From an uncultured Saprospiraceae bacterium (lineage in GTDB: Bacteria; Bacteroidota; Bacteroidia; Chitinophagales; Saprospiraceae): 28,932 nt of DNA. Within the stretch, counting starts at the first letter, position 1. The number at the start of each line of letters is the position of its first letter. The translations under genes and the position numbers were made by a program. Below the pieces are notes generated by a model, which made no database searches, was not told the origin of the DNA, and was given only the letters and a program-made list of their open reading frames with translations. Shown one piece after another: positions 8,526 through 17,241 of this stretch. The stretch covers positions 1-28,932 of the forward strand of contig CAWVWD010000001.1 in assembly GCA_963933585.1 (NCBI GenBank). Direction: 5' to 3'.

Positions 8526-8533
8526 CAAATATA
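8526..8533 (-). promoter_or_regulatory. -7 box (TATATTTG) of the tRNA-Ser/Pro/Val cluster
   Basis: Exact TAnnTTTG match followed by CACC, 55 nt upstream of tRNA-Ser. Confidence 0.7.
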
Positions 8534-8977
8534 CTAACGTTTTCTGTAAAAAAAATAGTTTCCTAGTTTTTTTATCTATTTCGAGGTAAATAATTGATTT
8601 ATATGAGAAATAGTCCCTTTTAGAGTAAAATAATGTACTACATAGCTCCATTATACTCGGCTAAATTCTAATTTCCCTCCATTACTTCATAATAAGCATT
8701 TTCGAATCACTCCTTTAATTCTTTAGAATGAAACCATAGTTTTAACATCGAAACCAATTTATATTCATCATTTTTTAATTTACCAATTTCTATTTTCATC
8801 AATAACGTCATTATAATAGGCATTAATGAATATTGTCAAATTTAAAATTGCGGTTTCTTCTTTGAAGTTTAACCGCGAATAAAAGGTTGACTTTAAACCG
8901 GTTTTATTCATCGTTCCAAGGTTTTGATACCTGAATAACTCAAAATCACACTTTTGCTCTTATAAATAAAAGTTTTC

Positions 8978-9772
8978 TTATTTGATTTTAATATATTTCA
9001 AAAAGTTATTTAGAATCTGTGCGTTTCCGCTGGTATGAAATTTATAATCCGGTTGATGGTTTTCTTCTAAATTTTGAATTTGAAATTCTTCTAATTTTCG
9101 TAGTGTTTGTCGAGCAACGGCAGGAGAAGGATTTATTAAATCTACATTTGATGGTAAAAACTTTTCAAAAACTGGTCGCAAAAACGGATAATGTGTACAG
9201 CCCAAAACGATTTTATCTACGTCATTATCTAACATTGGCTGAACGTACTTTTTTAATAAATCTAACGTAGATTCTGCATAGAATTCTTGATTTTCAACAA
9301 TTTCAACCAGTCCTCTACCAATTTGCATATAAACAGTGACATCTTTCGTATAAGCATTTTTGGTCTGAAGAAAGGTTTCGCTTTCCAAAGTTCCTTTCGT
9401 TGCCAAAACGCCAATATTACCAGTTTTTGTTTGTTCCGCAGCAGGTTTTACAGCTGGTTCCATTCCGATAAATGGAATATCAAATTTTTCTCTCAAAACG
9501 TTAATCGCTACTCCAGTCGCCGTATTACAAGCGATGACAATTACTTTCGCACCTTGTGATAATAAAAATTCGGTATTGCGAATTGATAAATCAATAATTT
9601 CAGATTTTGGACGATTTCCGTAAGGACAATTTCCACTATCGGCAAAATAGATAATCGATTCATTTGGCATCAGTTTCACCAATTCCAACCAGACTGATAA
9701 ACCACCTAAACCAGAATCAAAAACGCCGATAGGTCGTATTGATGCATTAATATATGAATCAAACGTACTCAT
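8978..9772 (-). CDS. murI: Glutamate racemase
   Basis: IGVFDSGLGG, CPYG, IACNTA, LGCTHYP motifs. Confidence 0.97.
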   Translation of the reverse strand: MSTFDSYINASIRPIGVFDSGLGGLSVWLELVKLMPNESIIYFADSGNCPYGNRPKSEIIDLSIRNTEFLLSQGAKVIVIACNTATGVAINVLREKFDIPFIGMEPAVKPAAEQTKTGNIGVLATKGTLESETFLQTKNAYTKDVTVYMQIGRGLVEIVENQEFYAESTLDLLKKYVQPMLDNDVDKIVLGCTHYPFLRPVFEKFLPSNVDLINPSPAVARQTLRKLEEFQIQNLEENHQPDYKFHTSGNAQILNNFLKYIKIK

Positions 9773-10308
9773 TATTCCCCTTTTATTTCACGCAATGGAG
9801 TTAACTTTCTTTCATATCCTTTTGTTCGCAACCAATCTCTCAAACCATGACCAGTTCCTGTATCCCAAGGTTCTACCTCTTCGATTGGTACTTTTCGATA
9901 ATCCGATAATTCACTGGTTTGAAGTATAACTTTCGCATTTTCATCGACTTCAACATGATAAATGATTAATAATTGATTCATTCTGAAAAATGGATACAAA
10001 CCGACAAAGTTTACAGATTTCGGTACTATTCCGATTTCTTCTTCGACCTCTCTTTTGATACCATTTTCGGCAGATTCATTGGCTTCCAAAAAACCTGTTA
10101 CCAGAGCATACCAATGTTTTGGCCAACCTATACTTTGCACCAGAATGATATGATCGCCTTGCTGCACGATAGCGCCAACAACTGGCGTTGGATTATTCCA
10201 AAAAACATAATCGCAAGATTCTTCAGAACAAACTAAACGTCCGACGCCATCACGAATTGACGATTTTAATTCACTTCCGCAAGTACTACAATATTTGGGT
10301 GAATTCAT
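9772..10308 (-). CDS. Nudix hydrolase with N-terminal zinc ribbon (NudC-like)
   Basis: CSTCG...CSEESC and Nudix box GFLEANESAENGIKREVEEEIG; TAATG overlap with murI. Confidence 0.92.
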   Translation of the reverse strand: MNSPKYCSTCGSELKSSIRDGVGRLVCSEESCDYVFWNNPTPVVGAIVQQGDHIILVQSIGWPKHWYALVTGFLEANESAENGIKREVEEEIGIVPKSVNFVGLYPFFRMNQLLIIYHVEVDENAKVILQTSELSDYRKVPIEEVEPWDTGTGHGLRDWLRTKGYERKLTPLREIKGE

Positions 10309-10337
10309 TTTTTAGATTTATTATTAACAATGAATTT

Positions 10338-10345
10338 CAAATTTA
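10338..10345 (-). promoter_or_regulatory. -7 box (TAAATTTG) for the Nudix-murI operon
   Basis: Exact TAnnTTTG match 30 nt upstream of the ATG and downstream of the mnmA terminator. Confidence 0.5.
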
Positions 10346-10380
10346 ATAAAATGTTTAGAAAATTAACGTTTGTTACAAAT

Positions 10381-10412
10381 AAAAACACCATCGAAAGTTC
10401 GATGGTGTTTTT
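10381..10412 (-). terminator. Intrinsic terminator after mnmA
   Basis: aaaaacaccatcgaa-ag-ttcgatggtgttttt, perfect 15-bp arms. Confidence 0.85.
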
Positions 10413-10491
10413 GTATAAAAAAGCTGTGTAATCCGTAAAATATATTAAGTCTGTAACTTATCCCAATTTGTTCTCAGGATTCCTTTTGCAC

Positions 10492-11595
10492 CTAAAACCC
10501 TAAACTTCCTTGAATAATTCCGCCACCAACAATATCATCACCTTCATAGAAAACAGCTGATTGTCCCGGTGCAATACCACGAACATTTGCCATAAATTCT
10601 ACGCTAATTCTTTCATCATCGAAAGGAGAAATTTTACTTAAAACACCAGGATCATTATATCGAATTTGAGCCGTAAGTTCTGTACCAATCGGAGCAGAGT
10701 CATATTTTTGCCAATTCAATTTTCCAACGGTCATTCCATTTCTCAACAAATCATCCACTTCACCCAAAACAACCGTATTCGTTTCCGGTTCAATCTTAGT
10801 AACATACATCGGATGCCCAAGTGCAATTCCTAGACCTTTACGTTGTCCAATCGTATAAAATGGATAACCTTCGTGTGTTCCAAGAATATTTCCTTTTGTA
10901 TCAATAAAATTTCCACCAGCCACACGTTCTTCCAAACCTTCCACACGACGTTTCAAGAAACCTCGATAATCATTATCTGGCACAAAACAAATTTCATAGC
11001 TTTCTCCTTTTTTGGATAAATCAGTATAACCAAAATCTGCTGCCATTTGGCGGACTTCTGGTTTGGTGTAAGGTCCGAGTGGAAATTTCGTTCGTTCCAT
11101 ACATTCTTGATTCAATCCCCAAAGCACATAACTTTGGTCTTTCCTGTCGTCTTTAGCTTTAGTAATAAAACTTCTGCCATTATTTTTTGCAACTTTTGCA
11201 TAATGACCAGTTGCAATAAATTCACAATCCATTGCATTCGCACGACGCATCAACGCATCCCATTTAATATGTGTATTACACAATACACAAGGATTTGGTG
11301 TTCTTCCGGCCATATATTCATCCACGAAATTATCAATCACATAATCACCAAACTCCGCCCGAATATCCACGATGAAATGATGAAACCCTCGATCTACCGC
11401 AACGGCTCTCGCATCATTGATAGAATCCAAACTACAACAACCAGTTTCCTTTTTTGAGCCGCCAGAATTGGCATAATCCCAAGTTTTCATCGTAATTCCG
11501 ATGACGTTATAACCTTCTTCATGAAGCATCAAAGCGGTAACTGTCGAATCAATTCCGCCACTCATTGCCACTAAAACATTTCCGTGTTTGCTCAT
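10492..11595 (-). CDS. mnmA: tRNA 2-thiouridine(34) synthase MnmA
   Basis: AMSGGIDS, GRTPNPCVLCN, IATGHYA, KDQSY, ESYEICF, YTIGQRKGLG, APGQSAVFY. Confidence 0.98.
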   Translation of the reverse strand: MSKHGNVLVAMSGGIDSTVTALMLHEEGYNVIGITMKTWDYANSGGSKKETGCCSLDSINDARAVAVDRGFHHFIVDIRAEFGDYVIDNFVDEYMAGRTPNPCVLCNTHIKWDALMRRANAMDCEFIATGHYAKVAKNNGRSFITKAKDDRKDQSYVLWGLNQECMERTKFPLGPYTKPEVRQMAADFGYTDLSKKGESYEICFVPDNDYRGFLKRRVEGLEERVAGGNFIDTKGNILGTHEGYPFYTIGQRKGLGIALGHPMYVTKIEPETNTVVLGEVDDLLRNGMTVGKLNWQKYDSAPIGTELTAQIRYNDPGVLSKISPFDDERISVEFMANVRGIAPGQSAVFYEGDDIVGGGIIQGSLGF

Positions 11596-11666
11596 TTTTT
11601 TAAATTTCTCTTGCGTATTCCGCAGATTTTATGTTTTACCAATAATTTATGTTATTGATTGTACCA

Positions 11667-11674
11667 CAAAATTA
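11667..11674 (-). promoter_or_regulatory. -7 box (TAATTTTG) upstream of mnmA
   Basis: Exact TAnnTTTG match, with a TTG about 22 nt further upstream. Confidence 0.55.
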
Positions 11675-11993
11675 CAAAAAAGGAATAGGTAAAGTTCAAT
11701 TGAGAGTGAATTTTAAGGATAACTAACTTTTGTCAAGATGATTTAATGAAGAAAACTGTAATTTAGTATTTTAGAAAACCCTAACAAAACAGTTTTAGTG
11801 GATAAAGTTGGTTTTTTTTTGAACTAATTAAATCAAATTCTGTTTTTTGAAAAAACTATTTTTAAAAACAAATTATGAATGGATTTCGAGGTTTCTCAGA
11901 AAGTTGAGAAGAAAGGGTTCCTCATTCATAATTTATCCCGAAGTTTCCCCGAGCAGAAATGGGGTAAACTGGGACAAGTTAATTCTTAATTAT

Positions 11994-12488
11994 ATGTATT
12001 ACGTTTTAGTTACTTTAGCAGCAGTTGCCGGAATGGAGTTTGTCGCATGGTTCGCACATAAATATATAATGCATGGCGTTTTATGGTCATGGCATGAATC
12101 ACATCACAAACCTCACGAAAATAAAGGCTTCTTTGAGAGAAATGACTTATTTTTCATTGTTTTTGCTTTACCGAGTATGTCGTGTTATATCACAGGAACG
12201 GTAACCGATTATCGATTTCTATTTTTTATTGGTGTGGGCATCTCTATCTATGGATTAATTTATTTTTTAGTTCACGATGTTTATATTCATCGCCGTTTCA
12301 AATGGTTCAACCAGTTAGAATCAAAATACTCGAAAGCTATCGTTAAAGCTCACGGTACACATCACGCCAAACAAACCAAAGATAACACGGAGTCTTTCGG
12401 TCTATTAGTAATCGATACAAAGTTCTTCAAAAGCAATAAGGAGCGCCGAGCAATGGAGGATAATAACAAAATTTATATTGAACGTTAA
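11994..12488 (+). CDS. crtZ: Beta-carotene hydroxylase (CrtZ/sterol desaturase family), 164 aa; ATG at 11994 preferred over the ORF-track start at 11847
   Basis: MEFVAWFAHKYIMHG, WHESHH, FERND, HDVYIHRRF and HGTHH histidine boxes. Confidence 0.92.
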   Translation: MYYVLVTLAAVAGMEFVAWFAHKYIMHGVLWSWHESHHKPHENKGFFERNDLFFIVFALPSMSCYITGTVTDYRFLFFIGVGISIYGLIYFLVHDVYIHRRFKWFNQLESKYSKAIVKAHGTHHAKQTKDNTESFGLLVIDTKFFKSNKERRAMEDNNKIYIER

Positions 12489-12494
12489 TTTGAA

Positions 12495-12821
12495 TAAGGG
12501 CAAACACATCAAAATATAGTTGTGATTTCGGATTGATATTTTGGATTGACATTTTTGATTTCAGGCCGAAAGTATTGGGAAAGCCTTAAGAGCAAATTAA
12601 TGTTTGAGCGAAGATAAGTTTCAACCTGTTTAGGTTTTTCAATACTTTCAATTGTAAAAAATCAGTCAAGCTTTGACCCGCCTGCTGCTTGTCGGGCAGG
12701 TTTTTGCTTCTTTTCATCAGGGAAGAGGAGCAAAAAACACCGTTAGCAAATATTATTTTGTCATTATAATGATTTATTGGGTAAATTATCAAACGAAATA
12801 ATTAAGTGCGTTTGCCCCTTA
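12495..12821. mobile_element. MITE-like ~327-bp element with terminal inverted repeats and internal hairpins
   Basis: Left end TAAGGGCAAACAC; right end reverse complement TAAGGGGCAAACGCAC; no transposase ORF. Confidence 0.5.
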
Positions 12822-12917
12822 GTTTCAATAGTATTCGTAATTTCAATGGTATTCATAGTTCAAATGTGAAAACTACTTATCATACTAATACTAGAAAAAC
12901 TCCCTAAATTAATTAAA

Positions 12918-13280
12918 ATGACGATTTACGAAGCGTTAGGCGAAGAAAAAATCAGAAAAATAGTTTCGGTTTTTTATGAAAAGATAGCGGAAGATGACGT
13001 TATTCGACCAATGTACCCAAAAGATTTAGCACCGGCAGAAGATCGTTTATATATGTTCTTAGTTCAGACTTTTGGTGGGCCAACAACGTATTCCGAAAAG
13101 CGAGGGCATCCGAGATTACGTCGGCGTCATTTTCCTTATGCCATTGATATGGACGGAAGTGATAGATGGCTAAAAGCAATGTCAGAATCTATTGAGGAGA
13201 TTGAAATGACGGAAGAAGTGAGCATGCAGATTCTCGGATATTTTGGGAAAGCCGCTTTATGGATGGTGAATAAGGCATAA
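12918..13280 (+). CDS. glbO: Group II truncated hemoglobin (trHbO)
   Basis: FYEKI, RPMYP, FLVQTFGGP, YSEKRGHPRLRRRH and the conserved Trp in RWL. Confidence 0.93.
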   Translation: MTIYEALGEEKIRKIVSVFYEKIAEDDVIRPMYPKDLAPAEDRLYMFLVQTFGGPTTYSEKRGHPRLRRRHFPYAIDMDGSDRWLKAMSESIEEIEMTEEVSMQILGYFGKAALWMVNKA

Positions 13281-13304
13281 ACGATTTTGAATTCATTTAC
13301 AATA

Positions 13305-13343
13305 AAAAAACGCTTCATATTTTTAAAATATGAAGCGTTTTTT
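13305..13343. terminator. Bidirectional terminator between the globin and DUF4293 genes
   Basis: aaaaaacgcttcatatttt-t-aaaatatgaagcgtttttt. Confidence 0.87.
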
Positions 13344-13366
13344 ATATGATTGAATATGAATTTTGA

Positions 13367-13810
13367 TTACCTCAACCTATCCATTCCTCTCACTAATTTC
13401 TCATCTTTTCCAATCGCTCTAACTGCCAACAAAATTAGCACAAAACCAATAATCGGTGTATAAAGTCCAATTCCGTCATTTGGAGTTGTACTTGTTTGCA
13501 TCACACCATCTTGAATAAATAAGACAAGTGCCAAAACGATACCAATAAGGTTAAAAACAGCAGCAATACGGGCGACTGTTTTTTGCTGTGTACGACTTTT
13601 GAATAAAAAAATTGCACCAAAAGCTAATAAACCTGCAAGTGCATAAATGATTAATAAGGCCGTACTATCGCTTAAATTGTAAACGGTATCATTGCTAAAA
13701 AGAGCAGAACCTTGAACCGTTTCTTTTACGGATGCAAACGGTAATCTGAATAAGGCAAAACTACAAGCCGAAGCAACTAATAGAAAAATTGATTGTATTC
13801 TTTGTATCAT
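13367..13810 (-). CDS. DUF4293 family membrane protein
   Basis: Characteristic MIQRIQSIFLL start, AIFLFKSR-QQ, C-terminal AIGKDEKLVRGMDRLR. Confidence 0.92.
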   Translation of the reverse strand: MIQRIQSIFLLVASACSFALFRLPFASVKETVQGSALFSNDTVYNLSDSTALLIIYALAGLLAFGAIFLFKSRTQQKTVARIAAVFNLIGIVLALVLFIQDGVMQTSTTPNDGIGLYTPIIGFVLILLAVRAIGKDEKLVRGMDRLR

Positions 13811-13874
13811 TTTTTTTGATTTAGTTATTAGATTTTAGAGTGTGAAGTGTAAATACTGCCAACTCGAAAACTTT

Positions 13875-14975
13875 CTACTCAAATAACGCTTTCATCATTT
13901 TATCAAAAATAGCGGTATTTTCATAAATACCACCGAATTCTGCCGCTCCTGGACCAAAAGCAAAAACAGGAATTAAATCTGCGGTGTGATAATCCGTTGT
14001 AAACTGCGTAACTAATGAATCCAACGTTGAACCTTTATTGATAGCGTAGCCACCAGTTTCGTGATCCGCTGTAATGACCACTAAAGTCTGACCATCTTTT
14101 TCTGCAAAGTCCAAGGCCGCTTTTACCGCATTGTCAAAATCAATAACTTCTGAAACGATATAATCAGAATTATTAGCATGTCCACCCCAGTCGATTTGAC
14201 TTCCTTCTATCATTAAAAAGAAACCTTTGTCCGCTGATTTTTGGTCTAAATAACTAATTGCTTTTCGAGCTGCGACGCCGATATAATCTCTACCTTGATA
14301 AGCAGGTAAAGGATTATCATTGGCCGTAAAATAAGCGAAATTCTTATCCATTGGAATCTCTACATCTTCTAAAGTTTCCGTTACAAAATCACTTACATAG
14401 TAGCCGTTTTCTCGTAATTGCTTAGATAAGTTTTTCTTGTCAGAACGATTATCAAAATATTTTTTTCCACCTCCAATGAATAAATCAACTTCGGTTTTCA
14501 TAAAATACATTGCGATTTCTTCCATCATTTTTCGCTGCTCAACGTGAGCAATGAAACTTGCAGGAGTAGCGTGTGTAATCGTAGAAGTTGCGACTAAACC
14601 CGTTGCTAAACCCTGTTCTTCTGCGTGCTCCAAAATTGATTTTACAGGTTTTTTATCCGGATCAACACCGATTGCTCCATTATATGTTTTTTTGCCACAA
14701 GCAAAAGCGGTCGCACCAGCTGCAGAATCTGTTACTAGATTATTAGAAGCACTCGGCTTGTGTAAACCGACAACTTTACAACGTTCCAGATTTAACGTAT
14801 TGCCGTTCATATACATTCCTGCAGAAATTTGCGTTACGCCCATTCCATCGCCAATTAGTAAAATGACATTTTTGATCTGTGGCGTTGCATTTTTTGAAGC
14901 CTCAACCGTACTGATTTGCTTTTTGGTACAAGTGCTAAAAAGTAGCATCGGAAACAATAAAAAAAAGTATTTCAT
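13875..14975 (-). CDS. Alkaline phosphatase (PhoA family), probable lipoprotein
   Basis: IGDGMG, TDSAAGATA (catalytic Ser), THATPA, EGSQIDWGGHAN, TADHETGG; signal peptide ending in FSTC. Confidence 0.95.
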   Translation of the reverse strand: MKYFFLLFPMLLFSTCTKKQISTVEASKNATPQIKNVILLIGDGMGVTQISAGMYMNGNTLNLERCKVVGLHKPSASNNLVTDSAAGATAFACGKKTYNGAIGVDPDKKPVKSILEHAEEQGLATGLVATSTITHATPASFIAHVEQRKMMEEIAMYFMKTEVDLFIGGGKKYFDNRSDKKNLSKQLRENGYYVSDFVTETLEDVEIPMDKNFAYFTANDNPLPAYQGRDYIGVAARKAISYLDQKSADKGFFLMIEGSQIDWGGHANNSDYIVSEVIDFDNAVKAALDFAEKDGQTLVVITADHETGGYAINKGSTLDSLVTQFTTDYHTADLIPVFAFGPGAAEFGGIYENTAIFDKMMKALFE

Positions 14976-14995
14976 ATTGAAGTGTTAACTGTTAA

Positions 14996-15255
14996 TTAGG
15001 ATGTTCAGAATATTTTTTTTCTGAATGAATCACCGTTTTAGATTTTTACGATATCAAGAATTCAAGAGAAACAGTCATATCCACGGAAATCGGTATTTCC
15101 TAAAAGTAACGAAACAAAATTTCAACTACTTCCAAAATAAAAATTGGTGACTTTTTTTTGAATTAAGACTTATAATCGAGAGATACCGACCTCCGTCGGT
15201 ATAACGGTTTTTTTTGATTTATTCACTTTATGAAAAATATTCTGAACACGTCTAA
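14996..15255. repeat. Nested inverted-repeat element (MITE/BIME-like) carrying an inverted pair of REP-like palindromes
   Basis: Perfect 16-bp IR TGTTCAGAATATTTTT (15002-15017 / 15233-15248) with TTAG/CTAA outer ends; inner 26-nt units at 15074-15099 and 15180-15205. Confidence 0.65.
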
Positions 15256-15591
15256 CGATGTATTATTAATTATTAATCGGTCATTAAAAAAAACAAATGT
15301 AGTAATTTTCTATATAAATATGATGCTGTAATTGATACATTCCCGTTTTGAAAATTTCATTTAATACCAAACCGAAATTTGTGGTGACTTAATTTTTAAA
15401 CAACTTTATTCCTAAATTACGACAAACGAAACGAATAACTTACTTTTGTAGTTCAAAAAATTAGGTATAGGGGCATAAAGGTATTCAGGTATAAAGGGAA
15501 ATGACCAATAACGATATTTATTGTGTAATTAGAAAGCTATTTAAGCAATCAAAACCTTTAAATCTTAAAACCTTAAAACCAATATAAAATT

Positions 15592-16626
15592 ATGGCAAAC
15601 GAGATATTTGAAAAGGCAAAAGCTGTTTTAGCAGAAATTGAGGCAGCAAAACCAGATGCTAAAGAGGCTTTAGAACAGTTTAGAATAAAATATATTGGCT
15701 CAAAAGGAATCGTAAAATCGTTAATGAGCGAAATGCGAAATATTCCGAATGAGATGAAACGAGATTATGGACAATTGGTAAATAGTGTAAAGCAAGGTGC
15801 AGAAACTGCTTACCAACGGTTGAAAGAGGATATCGAAGCAGAAGCTGAAAAGAGTCAGGCAAATGAATTGGATTTGACTGCTCCTGCAGAATCATTGCAT
15901 TTAGGGAATCGTCATCCGGTTTCGATTGTGATGAATAAGATTGTCGATATTTTTGGTCGCATTGGTTTTACCGTTGCGGAAGAAAGAGAAATCGAAGATG
16001 ATTGGCATAATTTTACAGCGATGAATACGCCAGAAGATCATCCTGCAAGAGATATGCAAGATACATTCTATTTGCAGCAAAGTGCAGAAATGTTGTTGCG
16101 TACACACACTTCGTCAGTTCAAGCTCGAACAATGAAGAATAATCAACCGCCAATTCGTATCATTGCACCAGGACGAGTTTATCGCAATGAAACGGTTTCA
16201 GCACGTTCACATTGTCAATTTCATCAGGTTGAAGGTTTGTATATTGATGAAAATGTATCTTTTGCAGATTTGAAACAAACATTGAATTTCTTTGCGAAAG
16301 AAATGTATGGTGCGAGCAAAATTCGTTTGCGTCCCTCTTATTTTCCATTCACAGAACCGAGTGCAGAAATGGACGTTTATTGGGGATTAAATGATGAAAC
16401 GGATTATAGAATTACGAAAGGAACCGGTTGGTTAGAAGTTTTGGGTTGTGGAATGGTTGACCCTCAAGTTTTAGAAAACTGCGGAATCGATTCTACCAAA
16501 TATTCAGGGTTTGCTTTCGGAATGGGAATTGAACGTCAAGCAATGTTAGCTTACAGAATTAGTGATATTCGTTTGTTATTCGAAAATGATGTTCGTTTCT
16601 TGAAACAGTTTAGTGCTGCTCTTTAA
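15592..16626 (+). CDS. pheS: Phenylalanine--tRNA ligase alpha subunit
   Basis: HPARDMQDTFY, LLRTHTS, PGRVYRNE, FHQVEGL, RPSYFPFTEPS, GFAFGMGIER. Confidence 0.99.
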   Translation: MANEIFEKAKAVLAEIEAAKPDAKEALEQFRIKYIGSKGIVKSLMSEMRNIPNEMKRDYGQLVNSVKQGAETAYQRLKEDIEAEAEKSQANELDLTAPAESLHLGNRHPVSIVMNKIVDIFGRIGFTVAEEREIEDDWHNFTAMNTPEDHPARDMQDTFYLQQSAEMLLRTHTSSVQARTMKNNQPPIRIIAPGRVYRNETVSARSHCQFHQVEGLYIDENVSFADLKQTLNFFAKEMYGASKIRLRPSYFPFTEPSAEMDVYWGLNDETDYRITKGTGWLEVLGCGMVDPQVLENCGIDSTKYSGFAFGMGIERQAMLAYRISDIRLLFENDVRFLKQFSAAL

Positions 16627-16640
16627 ATTTTAACAATTGA

Positions 16641-16706
16641 TGCACTTGATGTGATGGAAATCCACGAGGTTTCGGGACGGGCAGCCGATGATACCGAAAA
16701 ATGCCC
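16641..16706. ncRNA. Possible structured RNA or repeat (Flavo-1-like); strand uncertain
   Basis: GC-rich island with GAAATCC-ACGA-GGTTTC and GGGCA...TGCCC stems; resemblance to Flavo-1 is from memory only. Confidence 0.3.
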
Positions 16707-16730
16707 ATTCAATATTATATATTTATATTA

Positions 16731-16767
16731 AAAAAGCCTTGCAAACGTTATGTTTGCAAGGCTTTTT
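16731..16767. terminator. Bidirectional terminator between pheS and the atpI-like gene
   Basis: aaaaagccttgcaaac-gttat-gtttgcaaggcttttt, 16-bp perfect arms. Confidence 0.9.
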
Positions 16768-16824
16768 GTTAAAAATAAGCATTGATTCCTTAAATATTCA
16801 AAAGGAGAATTATTTGACTCCTAA

Positions 16825-17241
16825 CTATTTACCAGCGTCATTTAATTTCATTAAAAAGTAGGATTCGAATATTGTAAAAATAAAATAGACGGCAAAAAAT
16901 GGAAGAATGAATAAATTAGATTCCGGCTCGACATAAAGATAATAAAGCATAATCAGTATGATAGACAGAAGCATTTTGAAACCCATGTAAATATACATCA
17001 AAGAGATGAACATGCTCTTATTCCTGTGTTCAACGCCCCAACGACCCGAAAAAAACATGAGGACGCTAATCATAATGAATAAGATTAAACTCATCCAAGA
17101 TAATTGTTGGTGTGTATGGAAAATCGAAAACATAGAAAGCAACCAAAGTACGACAGCAACAAAAATGGAGACGATGGTCAATTGTATGGTAAATTGTCGA
17201 ACACTCATTCGTGAATTATGAATATGAAAATGATTTATCAT
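16825..17241 (-). CDS. 4-TM membrane protein (ATP synthase protein I-like / DUF6168-like)
   Basis: Four hydrophobic helices, FKMLLS and YFIFTIFE motifs; ATGA overlap with the atpZ-like gene. Confidence 0.75.
   Translation of the reverse strand: MINHFHIHNSRMSVRQFTIQLTIVSIFVAVVLWLLSMFSIFHTHQQLSWMSLILFIMISVLMFFSGRWGVEHRNKSMFISLMYIYMGFKMLLSIILIMLYYLYVEPESNLFILPFFAVYFIFTIFESYFLMKLNDAGK

Noticed and set aside
11847-11993. 49-aa N-terminal extension of CrtZ
   Set aside because: The family-typical sequence starts at the ATG at 11994, and the extension uses a TTG start
12497-12560. c-di-GMP-I riboswitch (GGGCAAAC start)
   Set aside because: There is no GAAA-tetraloop P2 or GACGCAAAG core. The motif is mirrored at 12806-12821, so it is a terminal repeat
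12586-12792. 68-aa ORF as a transposase fragment
   Set aside because: No recognisable DDE or HUH motif; it simply reads through the palindromes of the repeat element
14551-14988. 145-aa + strand ORF and the other antisense ORFs in the track (e.g. 85..318, 374..766, 2991..3320, 11047..11457, 22305..22583, 26962..27198)
   Set aside because: They lie mostly or entirely antisense to well-supported genes or better-supported ORFs and carry no motifs of their own
16651-16695. Fluoride riboswitch or SRP RNA
   Set aside because: GTGATGG...GATGATACC and AGG...GCAGC are only partial matches. The pseudoknot and SRP helix pairings fail, and no downstream + strand gene exists to regulate
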